Positions 61,130 through 64,000 of a stretch of DNA of 64,000 nt are shown here, piece after piece. The translations under genes and the position numbers were made by a program. The DNA is from a candidate division WOR-3 bacterium UBA5631 (GTDB taxonomy: Bacteria > Hydrothermota > Hydrothermia > UBA1063): the NCBI GenBank assembly GCA_002421425.1, contig DIJZ01000024.1, positions 349 to 64,348 on the forward strand, in the 5' to 3' direction. The first letter of the stretch is position 1. Each line of letters opens with the position of its first letter. Under the pieces are notes generated by a model. That model saw nothing but the letters and a program-made list of their open reading frames with translations. It was not told the DNA's origin and ran no database searches.

Positions 61130-62430
61130 CCTCTTATCTTTCCCTTCTTGAGAAGACCTTCGTACTGATTCATAATGAGGTAGGAGTTGATTTGCTGCAT
61201 CAGTTCAAGGGCAACACCCACTACAATTAGAATCCTCGTTCCTCCAAAATACAGTTGCGCTCCAGTCCACTTCATAATGTGATAAGGGATAATGGCAATG
61301 ATCGCAAAAGCAATGGCGCCAGGCAGAAGGATTCTGCTCATCACTTTATCAATATATTCAGCAGTCTTCTGACCGGGTCTCACTCCCGGTATGAAACCTG
61401 AATATCTCTGCAGGTTATCAGCAAGGTCTTTTGGATTGAGAACAATTGAAGTGTAGTAATAGGCGAAGAAAATAATCATTACAGCATATACAAGATCATA
61501 GACTATGTGGCCTGGACTGAACTTCGTTGCAAAATTTTGAAGGGCATCCACCTTCGCAAACATCGCAATATTGCTGGGTATCATTAGAATTGTCTGTGCA
61601 AAGATGATTGGAATCACTCCTGCAGTATTAAGAGTAAGAGGTAAGTATGTAGATTGACCGCCGTAAACTTTCCTCCCCACAATCTTCTTTGCATATTGAA
61701 TTGGAATACGCCTCTGAGCCTCCGTAATCATAACCACGCCTGCTATTGTGAGAATAATCACTATAAGCAGGAAGAGAAATGCGAGAGGCGAAATCGAACC
61801 GGTTTTAAGCAGCTGAAATGTGTTCGCAAACTCGTAGGGAATTGAGTCCAAAGATCCTGCAAAAATAAGCACGGAAATTCCATTACCGATTCCATTATCT
61901 GTGATTTGCTCTCCCAGCCACATCAGAAATAGCGTCCCCGCAACAAGGGCAACGATGGTTTGAAACATAAAGGCAGGACCAGGGCTTGGTACAACCCTCA
62001 TTCCCGACGGTGAGGTAATGTTTGAAAGGAATATGGCGATTCCGAACGCCTGAATTCCTGCAACCACTACGGTAAAATACCTCGTGAACCTATTTATCAA
62101 CCTACGACCATGTTCACCCTCTTTTTGCAATCTCTCAAGGTAAGGCCAAGTTGTAGTTAAAAGCTGCATAATAATTGATGCAGAAATGTACGGCATGATT
62201 CCTGCACCGAAGATGGCTGCCCTCTGAAGAGCACCACCTACGAAGATGTCATAGAGTCCGAAAATAGTGCCAGTAAACTGCGTTTTAAAGAACTCTGCAA
62301 GAGCTTGCCCGTTAATTCCAGGTAATGGAATGTGGGTACCAATTCTATAAATGATTATGATGAAAAGGGTGAACAGGATCTTTTTCCTGAGTTCTCCTAT
62401 CTTTGGAATTGCGTTAAGATTCTTTAACAT
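61117..62430 (-). CDS. secY: preprotein translocase subunit SecY
   Basis: It is 437 aa with 10 TM helices and typical SecY motifs. Confidence 0.9.
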   Translation of the reverse strand: MLKNLNAIPKIGELRKKILFTLFIIIIYRIGTHIPLPGINGQALAEFFKTQFTGTIFGLYDIFVGGALQRAAIFGAGIMPYISASIIMQLLTTTWPYLERLQKEGEHGRRLINRFTRYFTVVVAGIQAFGIAIFLSNITSPSGMRVVPSPGPAFMFQTIVALVAGTLFLMWLGEQITDNGIGNGISVLIFAGSLDSIPYEFANTFQLLKTGSISPLAFLFLLIVIILTIAGVVMITEAQRRIPIQYAKKIVGRKVYGGQSTYLPLTLNTAGVIPIIFAQTILMIPSNIAMFAKVDALQNFATKFSPGHIVYDLVYAVMIIFFAYYYTSIVLNPKDLADNLQRYSGFIPGVRPGQKTAEYIDKVMSRILLPGAIAFAIIAIIPYHIMKWTGAQLYFGGTRILIVVGVALELMQQINSYLIMNQYEGLLKKGKIRGWRG

Positions 62431-62866
62431 TTACCTTACCGCCTGCTTTTTCAATTTTACTCTTTGCACTCTCAGAAATTTTTTCCACATCGAAGGTGAG
62501 GGCTTTGCTGATTTCGCCACGACCAAGAATTTTCACAGGCATTTTTTCATCTTTTAAAATGCCCTTCTCCAGTAAAGACTTAGTATCTACAACCTCTCCT
62601 GCACTGTAATTCCTCTCTATAGTATCAAGATTCACCACCTGGTACTCAACTCTGAAAGGATTTTTAAACCCTCTCTTTGGCAGTCTCCTGTAAAGGGGCA
62701 TCTGACCACCTTCAAACCAGATGGGTTTAGCGCCCCCACTCCTGGCCTTCTGACCCTTGTGCCCCTTACCTGAAGTCTTTCCATGGCCCGAACCGGGACC
62801 TCTGCCAACTCTTTTCTTCCCTTTCTTTGCGCCCTTGTTAGGCCTTAAAGAACTCATATCAATCAT
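62414..62866 (-). CDS. rplO: 50S ribosomal protein L15
   Basis: It has a Gly/Arg/Lys-rich N-terminus and …GGQMPLYRRLPKRGF…. Confidence 0.9.
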   Translation of the reverse strand: MIDMSSLRPNKGAKKGKKRVGRGPGSGHGKTSGKGHKGQKARSGGAKPIWFEGGQMPLYRRLPKRGFKNPFRVEYQVVNLDTIERNYSAGEVVDTKSLLEKGILKDEKMPVKILGRGEISKALTFDVEKISESAKSKIEKAGGKVNVKES

Positions 62867-63069
62867 TTCTTATCCTCCTCTATCTCCTCAACCTTCAAAA
62901 GATACTCGACCTGCTTCACCATTCCTCTAATCTGCGGTGTATCTTGATGAACTTTAGTCTTACCAATTCTTCCAAGGCCAAGGGCTTTCAATGTCAATTT
63001 GTGATTCCTGTTAACGTCAATTGAGCTCTTGATCTGCTGGATTTTCAACAGTTTTTGTGACACGGCCAA
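62863..63069 (-). CDS. rpmD: 50S ribosomal protein L30 (start uncertain, probably TTG/GTG internal to the listed ORF)
   Basis: …LKIQQIKSSIDVNRNHKLTLKALGLGRIGKTKVHQDTPQIRGMVKQVEYLLKVEE matches L30. The listed start overlaps the rpsE 3' end by about 50 nt, so a later non-ATG start is likely. Confidence 0.7.
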   Translation of the reverse strand: MAVSQKLLKIQQIKSSIDVNRNHKLTLKALGLGRIGKTKVHQDTPQIRGMVKQVEYLLKVEEIEEDKK

Positions 63070-63580
63070 ACCTCCTTAAAGCTTTTTCAGGATTTACACC
63101 CCTATCTTTCAGGATTTTCTCAGGATCTTCAAGGGTTGTCAACGCCTTATATGTTGCCTTCATAAGGTTTATTGCATTATTCGATCCCAGCGATTTTGTT
63201 AGGACGTTCTGATAACCTGCAGCTTCCAGAACGGCTCTGACAGCCTGAGTTGCGATAATTCCGGTACCGGGGGCTGCTGGTTTCAAAAGAATTACAGAGG
63301 CCCCATCCTTCATCATCACCTCATACGGGAGCGTTCCATTTTTAATGATACACTGCTTTAAATTTTTGCGAGCCCTTCTTAGTGCTTTCTGAATGGCCTC
63401 TGGAGTTTCTGCAGCCTTTCCGTGTCCAATTCCGACTCTTCCATTCCCATCGCCTACCACAACCCACACAGACATTTTTAGATTCTTGCCACCCTTCGTC
63501 ACCTTTGTTACCCGGTTAATATAAACAATATTTTCAATCAACTCCGCGGTTTCTCTTTCAAATTCGTCAAAAAGTGCCAT
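63017..63580 (-). CDS. rpsE: 30S ribosomal protein S5
   Basis: …INRVTKVTKGGKNLKMSVWVVVGDGNGRVGIGHGKA…. Confidence 0.9.
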   Translation of the reverse strand: MALFDEFERETAELIENIVYINRVTKVTKGGKNLKMSVWVVVGDGNGRVGIGHGKAAETPEAIQKALRRARKNLKQCIIKNGTLPYEVMMKDGASVILLKPAAPGTGIIATQAVRAVLEAAGYQNVLTKSLGSNNAINLMKATYKALTTLEDPEKILKDRGVNPEKALRRFGRVTKTVENPADQELN

Positions 63581-63590
63581 CCCTTACCTC

Positions 63591-63968
63591 CTAAAAATCA
63601 AGACCTGCTTCTCTCGCAGATTCTGCGAGGGCTTTGACTCTTCCGTGATACTTGTATCCGCCTCTATCAAAAACCACTCTCTTGAAGCCTTTTTCCTGAG
63701 CCCTCTTTGCAATAAGTTTACCTACCAGCTTTGCTTTCTCGATCTTGCCCTTTACAGACTTAAGCTCTTCCCTGATATCCGGTGAAAGCGTAGACGCGCC
63801 ACAAATCACCTTACATGGACCAAAGGGAGGGTCAATAACAAGCTGTGCATAAAGATGGCTTGCAGATTTGTAAACAACGAGTCTTGGCCTTTCTTCTGTA
63901 CCTTTTACGATCTTTCTCACCCTGAGATGTCTTCTTCTTCTCTTAAGAACTTTAGTCTTTCTATCCAT
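63591..63968 (-). CDS. rplR: 50S ribosomal protein L18
   Basis: …[20 protein letters not shown]…. A GGAGG SD is upstream on the minus strand. Confidence 0.85.
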   Translation of the reverse strand: MDRKTKVLKRRRRHLRVRKIVKGTEERPRLVVYKSASHLYAQLVIDPPFGPCKVICGASTLSPDIREELKSVKGKIEKAKLVGKLIAKRAQEKGFKRVVFDRGGYKYHGRVKALAESAREAGLDF

Positions 63969-64000
63969 TATTTACCTCCAGCTTTGACTCCAGCCTTTCC
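63968..64000 (-). CDS. 3' end of a ribosomal protein gene (probably rplF), truncated by the window edge
   Basis: The frame ends …[10 protein letters not shown] and its TAA overlaps the L18 ATG by 1 nt. Gene order predicts L6. Confidence 0.3.
   Translation of the reverse strand, partial: GKAGVKAGGK

Overview
This 64 kb window looks like ordinary chromosomal sequence from a low-GC (about 40%) bacterium that is probably thermophilic and diderm, judging from K/E-rich proteins, outer-membrane beta-barrel candidates with C-terminal Phe, and NadX/Rnf/Ior content. Coding density is high, gene overlaps are frequent, and I see no mobile elements, CRISPR arrays or rRNA genes. Four tRNAs are present: Phe-GAA, Lys-UUU, Glu-CUC and Gln-CUG. 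The 3' end is a canonical ribosomal-protein/secY/adk/map/infA/rpmJ/rpsM-K-D/rpoA/rplQ operon on the minus strand. Upstream of it lies a long minus-strand cluster, iorAB-rnfCDGEAB-rseC. Other housekeeping genes include polA, clpB, der, nadE, guaB, purE/purC, nadC-nadX-tldD-apbE, sucD, mtgA and ttcA. The most unusual region is about 7.1-13.6 kb: a minus-strand operon FIST sensor / PAS histidine kinase / receiver-DUF4388-like-polyGlu-Roadblock hybrid / MglA GTPase, facing a convergent pilT / MglB-like roadblock pair. Together these look like a compact, non-canonically wired MglA polarity and type IV pilus retraction module with its own two-component input. Second in interest is a pair of giant STAND-type signalling proteins flanking a three-gene stretch: adenylate cyclase-NTPase-TPR versus GGDEF-NTPase-TPR, where the GGDEF paralog has degenerate Walker A/B motifs. 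Third is an apparent in-frame TAG stop inside a saccharopine-dehydrogenase-family gene. Other points are a split glutamine-dependent NAD synthetase whose glutaminase subunit carries Ser at the expected catalytic Cys, an RnfG with tandem FMN-binding domains, and several near-consensus sigma70-type promoters placed only 6-9 nt from start codons, suggesting leaderless mRNAs. All calls rest on reading motifs in the supplied translations and sequence; no database searches were possible.
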